The notes beneath the pieces were generated by a model. It had not been told where the DNA came from, ran no database searches, and saw only the letters and a program-made list of their open reading frames with translations. From IMG/VR virus record IMGVR_UViG_3300021437_000011, positions 1 to 64,000 of that record: a stretch of 64,000 nucleotides of DNA; one strand, given 5' to 3'. A program made the translations under genes and the position numbers. The DNA is from a virus. Positions 18,089 to 27,377 of the stretch are shown piece after piece (within the stretch, counting starts at the first letter, position 1; each line of letters begins with the position of its first letter).

Positions 18089-18575
18089 TTACCTTATCTC
18101 TCCTATTATCTCCTCTTATTTCCTCTATGGTTATTCCGAATACCTTTTCTATTATTTTCTTTTTTAGCTTGTATACTGGGGTGGATACCCCCTTTACATC
18201 CTCGATAATTCTCCTTCCCGTTTGACGATCAGAATATTCAAAATCAGCGATATACGTAAACATAAGTTCTTCGCCAATCTCGAAAGGGAACCGCGGCTGA
18301 AGCTTCAAGCCGCTTATCTCTCCGACGGCCTGAAGCAATCTGAGCTGGCCATAGCGCCGCCCCTCAGCGCTGGAGGCGAACCAGAACCCATCGATTTCGA
18401 CGGGCTTTGCCCCGTATTTGCCATAGCCTCTAGATCGTGCGACGTTTCCCTCTGAAGCCACGCATCTTTCTGCGGCTCTTACCCCAGGCAATTTTGAAAT
18501 ACTGGCTTCTGTGGTCAACGTCGCGCGATTTTGGCTATGTCTGAGAGCCCTGTACTCCGCTGCGGTTAGTCTCAC
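18048..18575 (-). CDS. DUF1064 PD-(D/E)xK nuclease (resolvase-like)
   Basis: KYGAK.V.IDG..F.S..E..RY..L, LQPRF, YIADF.Y, IEDVKG. Confidence 0.85.
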   Translation of the reverse strand: MRLTAAEYRALRHSQNRATLTTEASISKLPGVRAAERCVASEGNVARSRGYGKYGAKPVEIDGFWFASSAEGRRYGQLRLLQAVGEISGLKLQPRFPFEIGEELMFTYIADFEYSDRQTGRRIIEDVKGVSTPVYKLKKKIIEKVFGITIEEIRGDNRRDKVNAKKVRGKTNRKG

Positions 18576-18583
18576 AACGATTT

Positions 18584-20029
18584 CTACGCCGCCTGGTGAT
18601 AGGCGTAGTCCGCCTTGTTAGGATCGTATTTCATTTGGACTGCTCCTGGCTTGCCCATCGTTTCCTGGTCTTTGCATTTGGCTATGTTCACCTCAATAAT
18701 ATCAAGCGGCTGTTTCTGGTCATTGTAGAACCTATCAAGTATTATGCCATGTTCTGCCTTGTTATGCCAGTTCGCTGATCCATTTATGGTGTAAAGAGTT
18801 ACTTGTTCTCCCTTTTTAACCTTTGTGGGGTGGGCGACAAGAAACAACATCAACAGCAATCTTCTCATGTTAAACTTCAAAAGCTCAAGAGCTCTCTCTG
18901 TGTACTGAGTTTCCGTTAGTTTACCCATATCGTGCGAAATGCAATTCCATGGATCGACTACAAACCCCTGACAATTGTGATGGAATACAGCGGACTCCAT
19001 CTCTTCTACAATTCTTTCCAGAGTAGGGGATTCATCTTGGCCAAGCAAGGAAATCATGAAATGATCGTCAACCCACGCTTCAGCTTCTTCTTGAACTTCA
19101 CGAGTCGGATGAGGGTAAGCCCGCATCCGGAATCGCTTCATGTCCCGGCGAAGGCGATGAGCCGCATCCTCTGGCGTCCAAAACGCCGTGCGCAGGCCGT
19201 ATTGCTCGGCGAGGTGATAGCATAGCGACCGAGTGAACACGCCTTTGCCGTGCCCTGGAACGCCCGTCACGACAACCAGCTCAGGACGGGCCAGCAAAAG
19301 ATGCGGGTCAAGGCATTTCCAGCCGCTGGAGTACGTTTGCGTGAACGCTGGGGGGGCGATCGCCCCTGGCTTGAGCAGATGTCCGGGGCGAATCGGCTTG
19401 GCTTCCTCAAGGACCTGGCGAACTCTTTCCGGGCCATAGCGAAGCAAAACATCGTTCAGGTCCTTGCACCCTTCGGGATACGTGACAAACCAACAGCGGC
19501 CAGGACCAATCCTGATGGCCAACTCGTCTCGCATGATCTGGCCGTTGGCGTCGTCGTCCATCGCTAGAATTATTTTCGAGAATTGATCAAGTTCAGGAAT
19601 GAGCTTCAGATCTACCCCCCACAAAAACGAAAATGCTGTGTCGTCAGCGATAAGCTTCCCTGGCTCAGTCCTGGAGCTGCGTGACCCATTTGGCACAGAA
19701 ACAGCATATCCCCCCCACCCAGTAATCGCGGTAAGCGTATCAAACTCTCCTTCCGCCATCACGAGAGGAAGCACGGGGCGGCACGGCAAATCTTCGATCG
19801 TGTCCAGCAACCATAACTGTTTTGGAATCCCCGACGGCAGGACCACGAATTTCTTGTCCCACGTGCGCAGCTTGCGATACCGCAAACGGCCTTTGCTCCG
19901 GTATTCGAACACAAACCCATCCCGCCGAAGATACGCCCCGTATTTCGCAGCCAGCTCCGGACACAGCCTCCGCTTCTCGAATGGATTTATTTCCATAGTT
20001 CTCCCGATGGCTGTTATATTTCCGTGCAT
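18584..20029 (-). CDS. TOPRIM primase + DnaB-like helicase (T7 gp4/Twinkle type)
   Basis: EGEFD, SVPNG, DDDANG, KDLND; Walker A TGVPGHGKG; VVDPWN, VAHPTK; likely start MEINP at 19996. Confidence 0.9.
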   Translation of the reverse strand: MHGNITAIGRTMEINPFEKRRLCPELAAKYGAYLRRDGFVFEYRSKGRLRYRKLRTWDKKFVVLPSGIPKQLWLLDTIEDLPCRPVLPLVMAEGEFDTLTAITGWGGYAVSVPNGSRSSRTEPGKLIADDTAFSFLWGVDLKLIPELDQFSKIILAMDDDANGQIMRDELAIRIGPGRCWFVTYPEGCKDLNDVLLRYGPERVRQVLEEAKPIRPGHLLKPGAIAPPAFTQTYSSGWKCLDPHLLLARPELVVVTGVPGHGKGVFTRSLCYHLAEQYGLRTAFWTPEDAAHRLRRDMKRFRMRAYPHPTREVQEEAEAWVDDHFMISLLGQDESPTLERIVEEMESAVFHHNCQGFVVDPWNCISHDMGKLTETQYTERALELLKFNMRRLLLMLFLVAHPTKVKKGEQVTLYTINGSANWHNKAEHGIILDRFYNDQKQPLDIIEVNIAKCKDQETMGKPGAVQMKYDPNKADYAYHQAA

Positions 20030-20252
20030 ATTTCTTTACCCCATCGTAAAAAGCATAGCCGTGATCTGGACAATGACAGCATGACCACTTTATTCCCAGG
20101 CTGTCAATAGTAACTCTGAGGACTTTTTTCTTTCTGTTTACAGGTTTTCTATTGCGTGAACACTTAGGACATTTGGTGTACCGCACTCCAATGCTGTAAT
20201 TACGAAGGTATATTTTGTTTTCCTTGCACAAATCTTCCGCTGACTTCTTCAT
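19740..20252 (-). CDS. stand-alone primase zinc-binding domain
   Basis: CPKCS.....L.V......WSCCHC..G pattern in the first ~70 aa; remainder overlaps the helicase gene. Confidence 0.7.
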   Translation of the reverse strand: MKKSAEDLCKENKIYLRNYSIGVRYTKCPKCSRNRKPVNRKKKVLRVTIDSLGIKWSCCHCPDHGYAFYDGVKKYARKYNSHRENYGNKSIREAEAVSGAGCEIRGVSSAGWVCVRIPEQRPFAVSQAAHVGQEIRGPAVGDSKTVMVAGHDRRFAVPPRASSRDGGRRV

Positions 20253-21598
20253 GGGCGATACCTGTACATGCCGGGGGCGACCTCTGTAAGGCCATCCGCC
20301 AAGGGTTTTCTGAGGGCGTCAACCCTCGCGGAGCGCTCGGCTTTCGCCTTGGCGTCGCTCTGCAGATACACGAACTGCCGTCGGACCACCTGCATGACCT
20401 CGATGGCCGTCATGTACGACCTGACGTTGACCGCTGAGGCCAGTAAGCCGCCAAGGACGTCCACTAGGGGGAATGTGGTCTCAAGCTCGCTCCTGAAGCC
20501 TCCTGCGGCCTCCAGGCGGCCATCTGGCGTGATCCAGACCTCTCGCTGCGCCTTGGCTTCCGCCTGCTTCAGGAACGCGTCCTGACGCGCCTTGGGCGTG
20601 GACCAGCACTCCGGGATCTCTGGGGCGGCCTGGATAATGGCTGGAGGCTCGGCGGGAGCCGCTGCGGCGGGGACCGCTCCGGCCAGACTGGCCAAAACCG
20701 CAGATGCAACTTTTTCTACGTAGCCAGGAAATTTTTCAACCTTGGGGGGCAGAGCCGGTTCTGGGGTTCGCGCGTGGAGGATGTCCTCTGACTCTCCCCC
20801 TGTTTTTTTATACAGATTCTCTTTACAGATTAAGCGGACATTTTTGTCCGGTCTTAATGGACAAAAATGTCCGGTCTTAATGCCAAAATCAGGCTCGGAA
20901 GACGGGCCAGAAACCCCTTGAGCGGACATTTCTGTCCGGTCTTGACCTGTATTATATCCGGGTAAATCCTCTTGAACGGACATTTCTGTCCGGTCTTGAT
21001 GTTTTCCATAACTGCCTTGAGCGGACATTTCTGTCCGGTCTTGACCTGTATTATATCCGGGTAAATCCTCTTGAACGGACATCTCCGTCCGATATTGAGC
21101 GGTGGGAATCGCTGTTTCAGCCACTAAGCGAGGAGGTAAATTTGCCATAATCTCGGCTCCAATCTGGGCCAGAACCGGACCAGGAATGGTCATGGTTTTC
21201 TCCGCGCCGCCCCGCCGCCGCCTCTTCACGGACATCCAGCCCGCGGCTTCGAGCTCCTTGTTTGATCTCCTGACGGTTTTCTCGTTGCACCGAGTCAGGG
21301 CGGCGATTGTGTCGTTGCCTACATTCGTCCGGAGGTGCGTCCCGTTTGTGTACGAAAGGTGGAAACACAGAACTCTGAAAGCGTTGTCGCTGATGTCAGA
21401 AACCAGCGCGGCGTTTATGAGCCGGGTGCGAGCGCACACATTATGGCTTGTGGCGTGAGATTTCAGCCAGTTGAGGCGTAGGGAGTCAGCCGTCTGATTA
21501 ACAGCGTCTTCGACCTCGGAGACAGTAATGTCTGGAAAGGATGGTCGCTGTTCAATGGCGGGAAACTCGATTACGCTCGTCTCAAACGTTGGGTACAT
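20249..21598 (-). CDS. phage replication initiator (lambda O-like, N-terminal HTH)
   Basis: GNDTIAALTRCNEKTVRRSNKELEAAGW HTH; internal iterons; upstream of the primase/helicase. Confidence 0.75.
   Translation of the reverse strand: MYPTFETSVIEFPAIEQRPSFPDITVSEVEDAVNQTADSLRLNWLKSHATSHNVCARTRLINAALVSDISDNAFRVLCFHLSYTNGTHLRTNVGNDTIAALTRCNEKTVRRSNKELEAAGWMSVKRRRRGGAEKTMTIPGPVLAQIGAEIMANLPPRLVAETAIPTAQYRTEMSVQEDLPGYNTGQDRTEMSAQGSYGKHQDRTEMSVQEDLPGYNTGQDRTEMSAQGVSGPSSEPDFGIKTGHFCPLRPDKNVRLICKENLYKKTGGESEDILHARTPEPALPPKVEKFPGYVEKVASAVLASLAGAVPAAAAPAEPPAIIQAAPEIPECWSTPKARQDAFLKQAEAKAQREVWITPDGRLEAAGGFRSELETTFPLVDVLGGLLASAVNVRSYMTAIEVMQVVRRQFVYLQSDAKAKAERSARVDALRKPLADGLTEVAPGMYRYRP
20836..21090. repeat. 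putative replication origin iterons
   Basis: Six GGACA-N4-TGTCC palindromes (last one imperfect) at 20836, 20859, 20924, 20978, 21023 and 21077; 99-bp duplication. Confidence 0.85.
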
Positions 21599-21983
21599 GA
21601 CAACCCCCGCTAACGTTGAGCAGCGACAGAATAACGTGAGCTGCCTGTTCTATGTTTCTATTGAATTCTCGCGCGTCGGATACGATCCGCGCAAGGGCGA
21701 TTCTGAATGGATAGTGGGAAATTCGGAGAGGAAGGAGTTTCACTGAGGGGGCTGCGGCGGCATGATGCGCCGTCTGATAAAAAACGTGTTTAGACACGCC
21801 CCAGAGGCTATCCCCCTCTTGCATTTCGGGGGACATGAGGGTATATTCGTACATGTAACGACCTTCTAGACGCAAAGAAGGGGCGCTCCTCAAACGGACC
21901 GCTTGAGGCTCTTCTAGGCAATCTGGTTATAGATCAATGGTATAGGTTTGGTTGTCCCAACCATTTGATCGATTTGGTTTCAT

Positions 21984-22021
21984 TAGGCCCGGTGCGCCAG
22001 CGCCGGGCCTAGTTTTCTTTT
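21984..22021 (+). terminator. GC hairpin with T tract
   Basis: TAGGCCCGG...CCGGGCCTA followed by GTTTTCTTTT. Confidence 0.55.
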
Positions 22022-22448
22022 AGAAGCCCGCCCAGTCGCTAGAGATTGGGTGGGCGCCTTCCCCTGATCCTACCAAAATTTTATGCTCTTCGCTAGGGGC
22101 AACGTGCGAGGCGTGCTGAAACTCGCTCAACCCCGCCAGCGCGGCGCCTTTTCCGACGTTATGAGGCTGGCCGTCTTCCCCATGCTTCTGGGCCACAGGG
22201 ACCGCATTCAGGCGCAGAATCGCTTCGGCGGAGGTTGCGGATTCAGGCATGGCGAGCACGAACGATCCGCCAGCCGAGCTGGAGAGAAGTTGGCGGACAA
22301 GATGATAGCACTGCTTCCAAAAGTCGAACGCCGGCTCACTCAATCCTTCATCTAGATCGTGATCCGCAGTCCTATCCATGAAGGAAGTCCCCCACGTATC
22401 AAGCTTGACGGTTATCTTCGTTGAAACCGACATTTCATGCGTTTTCAT
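22020..22448 (-). CDS. hypothetical protein
   Basis: ATGA overlap with the GcrA stop. Confidence 0.55.
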   Translation of the reverse strand: MKTHEMSVSTKITVKLDTWGTSFMDRTADHDLDEGLSEPAFDFWKQCYHLVRQLLSSSAGGSFVLAMPESATSAEAILRLNAVPVAQKHGEDGQPHNVGKGAALAGLSEFQHASHVAPSEEHKILVGSGEGAHPISSDWAGF

Positions 22449-23008
22449 ATTGTAACTTTCTGTTGCTCAAAGCAGTTTTCAGGTTTTTTGGGCCTTTTCT
22501 TGAACTGGCGCATAGTCTTATAGAGCTTTTTTCTATGACTATCGCAATACATCTCCCCTGATTCGCACTTGTTACCGCAAAATATATGGGAATGCTTATC
22601 GACATAGTGTGGAGATATCGCGCATCTGCATTGATTTCTCCCAAGTTGAAGAATCATGAGCCCTTGATCGTCTGCTCCTCTTTCGATCGACACGGAAACA
22701 TCATCGCGCGAATATTTTTTTATCCCGACGGTGACAGGGCTTGCGGTTTTTGGCGGCGGCGGAGCTGGAACAGGCTTTGCCGCCTTTTTCACCTTGATAG
22801 GCTTCGGATGCGGCGGAGGTTTGGGGGCCTTGACCTGGCGCATAGCGGGCGGCGCTCCAACTCCGATCATTTGTTTGCGATTCAGCAGGCCAACCACCAT
22901 GTTTCTGGTCACGCCCAGAAGAGCCGCAATCTGGCCCGTGGTCTTCCCCTCCTTACGGAGGGTAATGGCGGCCTCTTTATCCCAGGGCTTCCTTTCGCCG
23001 TTTGCCAT
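22445..23008 (-). CDS. gcrA: GcrA-family cell-cycle regulator
   Basis: W......L..EG.T..QIA.LLGVTRN.V.G...R and L.L....CR..I......FCG......YC..H. Confidence 0.88.
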   Translation of the reverse strand: MANGERKPWDKEAAITLRKEGKTTGQIAALLGVTRNMVVGLLNRKQMIGVGAPPAMRQVKAPKPPPHPKPIKVKKAAKPVPAPPPPKTASPVTVGIKKYSRDDVSVSIERGADDQGLMILQLGRNQCRCAISPHYVDKHSHIFCGNKCESGEMYCDSHRKKLYKTMRQFKKRPKKPENCFEQQKVTI

Positions 23009-23300
23009 TACATTTTCCCTGATTTTCGAAGAAGTTGTCGTCGACGCCGATGATCTGCTCAGCCGTTATATTGATCCCGCGCATTCGAGCGTTGAAATAT
23101 ATAACGCGTTGATTCTTTGAAGGAATAAGGCCACCTGTGCCATTTCTGTCCACAGGACGGAACCACGCCCACACCGTCGTGCGATTGACGCCAGCGAGCT
23201 CCGCCAGCACTCTCGGTCCGGACTTTCCCTGGCGGGCGCACATTCTCGCAACCCCCCATGCGGGGTTCATCCTGTAATTTGTGTTGCAATCTTTTCGCAT
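22977..23300 (-). CDS. Cro-like repressor
   Basis: VLAELAGVNRTTVWAW.RP....GTGGLIP; divergent from CI; ATG just after the -10 (possibly leaderless). Confidence 0.8.
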   Translation of the reverse strand: MRKDCNTNYRMNPAWGVARMCARQGKSGPRVLAELAGVNRTTVWAWFRPVDRNGTGGLIPSKNQRVIYFNARMRGINITAEQIIGVDDNFFENQGKCNGKRRKEALG

Positions 23301-23307
23301 GGTCATG

Positions 23308-23336
23308 ATAGTGTGATTTCCACACACACTTGTCAA
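23308..23336 (-). promoter_or_regulatory. PR-like promoter with GTGTG-N7-CACAC operator
   Basis: Minus strand TTGACA-17 bp-CACTAT containing GTGTGTGGAAATCACAC. Confidence 0.7.
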
Positions 23337-24082
23337 TGGGGCGTGCGAGTTTGAGTCTATGCACGATGGGGAATATGCACAGTAGCACAAAGAAATTGGA
23401 TGAGTCAGATTTTATAGGAGAATTCGCCTCCTGGGTCCGTGATCAGCTCAAGGGGCGCGATATAACCGTTAGTCGGCTCGCTGACGACATTGGCGAATCG
23501 CGATCCGAAACCAGTCGCGCGATCAACGGGAAGAGAAAATTCAGCTATCGCGAGGTGGTCAAAATATCACAGAGGTTTGGGATTCAGCCACCTCCCTGGA
23601 ATAACATTGGAAATCCGTCGCCGGAGAGTAGATTTTTGCCACTTTGCGGCAACATCGCCGCGAATGTTTGGCGCGTAAAGGGCGAAGGAATGCCATACCA
23701 ATCACCGATCAGACCCATCGACATTGGGGAGGGGGACACAAGGGAGCAGCATTGCTACTTTGTTAGCGAGGGGCCTTTCCAAGGGGAATATGTTGTATGC
23801 ATAAAGCCCGATGATGCATACGAACTTGAAAATGACGATATCGTCGTTGTTTCCGAAACGCAGCTAATCTTGTCCCTCAACATAAATGTCACGGAGCTTA
23901 CGCTGAGGATTGTCCGGAAGGTTGATGGAGAAACAAGGATTTGTCTGATTGAGGAAGGCGATGACGACAAAAGAGACGCCCTATCGCCAGAAGCCAAAGT
24001 TGTTGGGCTGGCCATCGGCTTTTTCCGGTCGACAAAAAAATTTAACGGGAAACCCGCACAGGATGTTGACAGAAGTGTGTAA
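23330..24082 (+). CDS. CI-like repressor (XRE HTH + divergent S24-like domain)
   Basis: ITVSRLADDIGESRSETSRAINGKRK HTH; LPLCGNIAA linker; divergent from Cro. Confidence 0.8.
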   Translation: MSMGRASLSLCTMGNMHSSTKKLDESDFIGEFASWVRDQLKGRDITVSRLADDIGESRSETSRAINGKRKFSYREVVKISQRFGIQPPPWNNIGNPSPESRFLPLCGNIAANVWRVKGEGMPYQSPIRPIDIGEGDTREQHCYFVSEGPFQGEYVVCIKPDDAYELENDDIVVVSETQLILSLNINVTELTLRIVRKVDGETRICLIEEGDDDKRDALSPEAKVVGLAIGFFRSTKKFNGKPAQDVDRSV

Positions 24083-24093
24083 AAATCACACAG
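24065..24093 (+). promoter_or_regulatory. PL-like promoter with GTGTG-N7-CACAC operator
   Basis: TTGACA-17 bp-CACAGT containing GTGTGTAAAAATCACAC, matching the PR operator. Confidence 0.7.
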
Positions 24094-24598
24094 TCTCGTG
24101 ACGGCTTGCGCAATGGGACGGCCCCCTCACAGTCCGTCTATCCGCAGGTTTTCTCCCTAAACTCGGCGTCTACCCCTTATGGCGCCGATTTTTCCGCTTT
24201 TGGAGCCGTTATGGTGTGGCTGGTTAAGATCTATTTGTTGTTCTGGTTGCTGTGCGCGTGGGGTTGCGTTGAGTTCATGGCTCGCGCTCAGGACCTGCCC
24301 GATGTGGATGTGCAAAACAAACCTGATCTGCCGAAACGGAAAGCTGGACTTGTCCCCCGCCTCGGAGGCTCCTGGGATTCCCATGAGCCTCCGGTTTGAC
24401 GTCTTGTCAAAGGGTAACGGCGAGTATTATTTTGAGGGAGTAGAGATGACAGATGAGTTCGATGTCGAAAGAATAGAACTCTTCGGGGAGGCGAAAGAAA
24501 AAGCTATTGAAATTCTGCTGGAAAGAGTCGATTTGTGGGAGGAGTTTTGTGTAAGAGCTGATTATGAACGAATTGGAGCTGTTTAAATCTGCCGTCAC

Positions 24599-24997
24599 TT
24601 GAAAAATGCATGTTCGGTTAGCCCCATAAACCAGAAAATGCATCGCCCCCAGGGGGCGGCAGATTTAAGCAGCTCGCAGTGGGGAAAAATGTCCTTCATT
24701 CATGTTGGAAGCACGGCTGCTTCGATAACTGCGGAAGCTGCTGGAAATAACATTCTGATATTTCCGCATGGCGCAAAGTCTTCTCATGAAGAAAAGATCG
24801 CGCGTGGAGCCACTCTTCTGCGAAGAGCGATGGCAGATCTCGTAGACGCCTGCGGGGTGACTGGGGCGACGCGCATATCCATTTTGATGCTTGAGGAGAT
24901 CGCCGCCGCCAACAGGAAGCATATCTCGGCGAGCAAGAATCTGAGCACAAAAATCACGAAACTTTCTCAGTTCTTTGCTGACGAGGCGAGGACATAA
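24599..24997 (+). CDS. hypothetical protein
   Basis: ORF; true start probably MSFIH at about 24689. Confidence 0.5.
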   Translation: MKNACSVSPINQKMHRPQGAADLSSSQWGKMSFIHVGSTAASITAEAAGNNILIFPHGAKSSHEEKIARGATLLRRAMADLVDACGVTGATRISILMLEEIAAANRKHISASKNLSTKITKLSQFFADEART

Positions 24998-25099
24998 TCT
25001 GGAATAGCTCTGATCTGTCACCTCCCTGATCCAGAGCTTAGCGGGAAGCCCGCCAGCCTTTACCTCGGCGGGGAAGATGGTGGGCTTCTCACACCCCTT

Positions 25100-25324
25100 G
25101 GTGGCGTCCGCCTATCGGTACAGGCGACGGTAAACGGAACCGTACAGGGTAACACCAAGACGCAAGGCAAGTTGAGGCGGCGGAATTTGCGGATGCACCG
25201 AACACGCTGGAGAAGGTCTAGTAGGGAAGCGCGTTTATACTCCGTCTTGAGCAGTGGAATTGTCAATATCTGGCTTGGCTGCTGTTTGCGTCCCGTAGGG
25301 GTTCGACTCCCCTCGCCACCGCCA
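25100..25324 (+). ncRNA. tRNA-like RNA with large insertion
   Basis: Acceptor GGTGGCG/CGCCACC-G-CCA; D-like arm CGCC..GGCG; T arm AGGGG-TTCGACT-CCCCT; about 150 nt extra. Confidence 0.7.
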
Positions 25325-25343
25325 TATTTAACCTGGTCTGGCC

Positions 25344-26468
25344 TTGATGAGCATTTTTTCCGATGATCCTGAAATGGACATTGCTTACCTGAAGATGGGG
25401 CTGTACGGCGAGGCCGGGACAGGGAAGACGTACACAGCCGGAGAAGTAGCCCGCGGGCTGGCGCTCCATATCGAGAAAACCGGCCTTCCGCGTCCGCGCA
25501 TCCTTTTCATCGACAGTGAGAAGGGATCGAGCTGGATCAAGCCCAAAGTCTTGGCCGATGGGACCAAGTTCCTTGCCTCGAAAACGCGGAGCTTCGCTGA
25601 TCTCATGGCTGGCGTTCGCGAGGCCGAGCAGAACAAAGATATCCTCATTGTTGACTCTATTACTCACTTTTGGCAAGAGGTGCAGGCGTCGTATCTAAAA
25701 GCAAAAAGCGAGAGAATGAAGCGAAAGCAACATCGCTTGCAGTTCGAGGATTATACAGTTTTGAAGCCCATGTGGGGAGAGTTTACAACACTGTACCTGA
25801 ACAGTCAGGCGCATGTTATTCTTTGTGGAAGAAGCGCCAGCATTTATGAATACCAGGATAATGACGAGACGCACAAAAAAGAATTAATCACGGTCGGCAC
25901 CAAGATGGGAGCCGAGAAAAACATGGCCTATGAACCAAGCCTCAATGTGGAGATGTTCGCGGAACGCGTCGCCGCCGCCCAGAAGGGGAAAAGCAACATC
26001 TTGATCAAGTGCTTGGTCGTCAAGGATAGGTCCGATCTGCTCAATGGCAAAATTTTTTCCAAACCGACGTTCCAGACGTTTTTCCCGCATATTCAACTGC
26101 TCAACATTGGCGGCGTCGATAAGCCGATTGATGTCAGCCGCACAAGCGCCGCGCTGTTTCCCGCAGGAGACGACGGCGAGCGCGCCTTTCAGCGCAAGGT
26201 TGCGCTTGATGAGATCCAGGCGCTTCTTACCAGCCATTTTCCGAGCCGCAAAGCGGATGACGTCAAAGCCAAGGTAGACCTCGTCAAAAAGCATTTCGGC
26301 GAGTCTTGGACCAAAATCCAGGGCCGCATGCCGCTCGAAGAGCTGCGCGCTTGCTATGACGCCTTGCACCGGGAGCTGGAAGGCCGGCCGTCGCCATACG
26401 CTATCGAAGGAATAGAAGATGAGCTGCCAGACGAAGGCGGGGGAGAAGCGGCGAGCGCCGTGATATGA
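25344..26468 (+). CDS. Sak4-like AAA ATPase (recombination/annealing)
   Basis: LYGEAGTGKT, FIDSEKGS, LIVDSITH.W, HVILCGR, VKDR. Confidence 0.8.
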   Translation: MMSIFSDDPEMDIAYLKMGLYGEAGTGKTYTAGEVARGLALHIEKTGLPRPRILFIDSEKGSSWIKPKVLADGTKFLASKTRSFADLMAGVREAEQNKDILIVDSITHFWQEVQASYLKAKSERMKRKQHRLQFEDYTVLKPMWGEFTTLYLNSQAHVILCGRSASIYEYQDNDETHKKELITVGTKMGAEKNMAYEPSLNVEMFAERVAAAQKGKSNILIKCLVVKDRSDLLNGKIFSKPTFQTFFPHIQLLNIGGVDKPIDVSRTSAALFPAGDDGERAFQRKVALDEIQALLTSHFPSRKADDVKAKVDLVKKHFGESWTKIQGRMPLEELRACYDALHRELEGRPSPYAIEGIEDELPDEGGGEAASAVI

Positions 26469-26806
26469 CCATGGACGAAATTCCAAAAAAACAGCGGCTG
26501 CTTAGCTCTGTATTCCATGAGATCGGCAAGGAATGGGTCGATCTCGACGCCGCAGCGCGCTCTCTTGAGGAATGCAAGACGGCGGTGCTTTCCCAGCGGA
26601 AAAAGAAACTTGGAAACATTCCAGATAGCAGGGCCGAGACCGAGGTGAAGGCGTCCGAAGCCTGGATGGAGTATCTCGTCCAACTGGTTGATTCCAGGAC
26701 GAAAGCGAATTACGCGAAGATTAAGTTGGAAACTATTAGAATGCGCCACGCTGAGCAGCAAAGCAGAGAAGCGACAGCTAGGCATGAGGCGCGACTAGAC
26801 AGGTAG
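26465..26806 (+). CDS. helical phage protein (recombination-mediator-like)
   Basis: ATGA overlap with the Sak4-like gene; helical. Confidence 0.55.
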   Translation: MTMDEIPKKQRLLSSVFHEIGKEWVDLDAAARSLEECKTAVLSQRKKKLGNIPDSRAETEVKASEAWMEYLVQLVDSRTKANYAKIKLETIRMRHAEQQSREATARHEARLDR

Positions 26807-26984
26807 AGTTATCGCCATGCCAGAAAAAACTATTATCTGCATCAATGGAATTTCATACGAAGTTCCTGAAGAGGTCGCCAATGAGCTTGACAGGCTTTCA
26901 GCTATTGAGATGGCGGCCAGACAGGCCCAGCTCATCATGAGCCATGTCTCTGTGCTCATCAGGGCCGTAACGCGCTTGGGGTAA

Positions 26985-27377
26985 GTGCGCTCTCCGCGCG
27001 TCGAGTTTAGCCCAGCAGTTAAAGCCGAGATCGTTGCGCGGGCGACTGCGGACGGCGTCCGCTATTGCGAAGCGTGTCCGGCCGCAATCCCCACTGGCGA
27101 GGGCGAGATCGATCATAAGATCGCGGAGTGGACGCGCAGCGCGACGGCGAAAGGCGACCGGCGCAAGCTTACGGCGGCGGATGGCTGGCTATTATGCCGG
27201 ACCTGTCATCTCGCCAAGTCAAGACGCGAAGCGTTTGAGCGCAAGCGGACCGATGGGGCCGCCCGTTATCATGCGGGGAAGAAGCGGAAAGGCGTCGGGT
27301 TCAAGGGCTGGAGGAACTTCAAGGGCGAGATCGTTTGGCGCCCCATCTGGGACTCGAACCCAAAATCTCCAAGTTGA
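26985..27377 (+). CDS. HNH endonuclease
   Basis: CEAC...EIDH...LLCRTCH..K. Confidence 0.85.
   Translation: MRSPRVEFSPAVKAEIVARATADGVRYCEACPAAIPTGEGEIDHKIAEWTRSATAKGDRRKLTAADGWLLCRTCHLAKSRREAFERKRTDGAARYHAGKKRKGVGFKGWRNFKGEIVWRPIWDSNPKSPS

Noticed and set aside
20836-21090. Iteron repeats as CRISPR or DGR template
   Set aside because: Intervening sequences are duplicated, the repeats are in frame within the initiator, and no reverse transcriptase is present
25100-25324. tmRNA
   Set aside because: No G3-U70 pair, G discriminator, no evident tag reading frame
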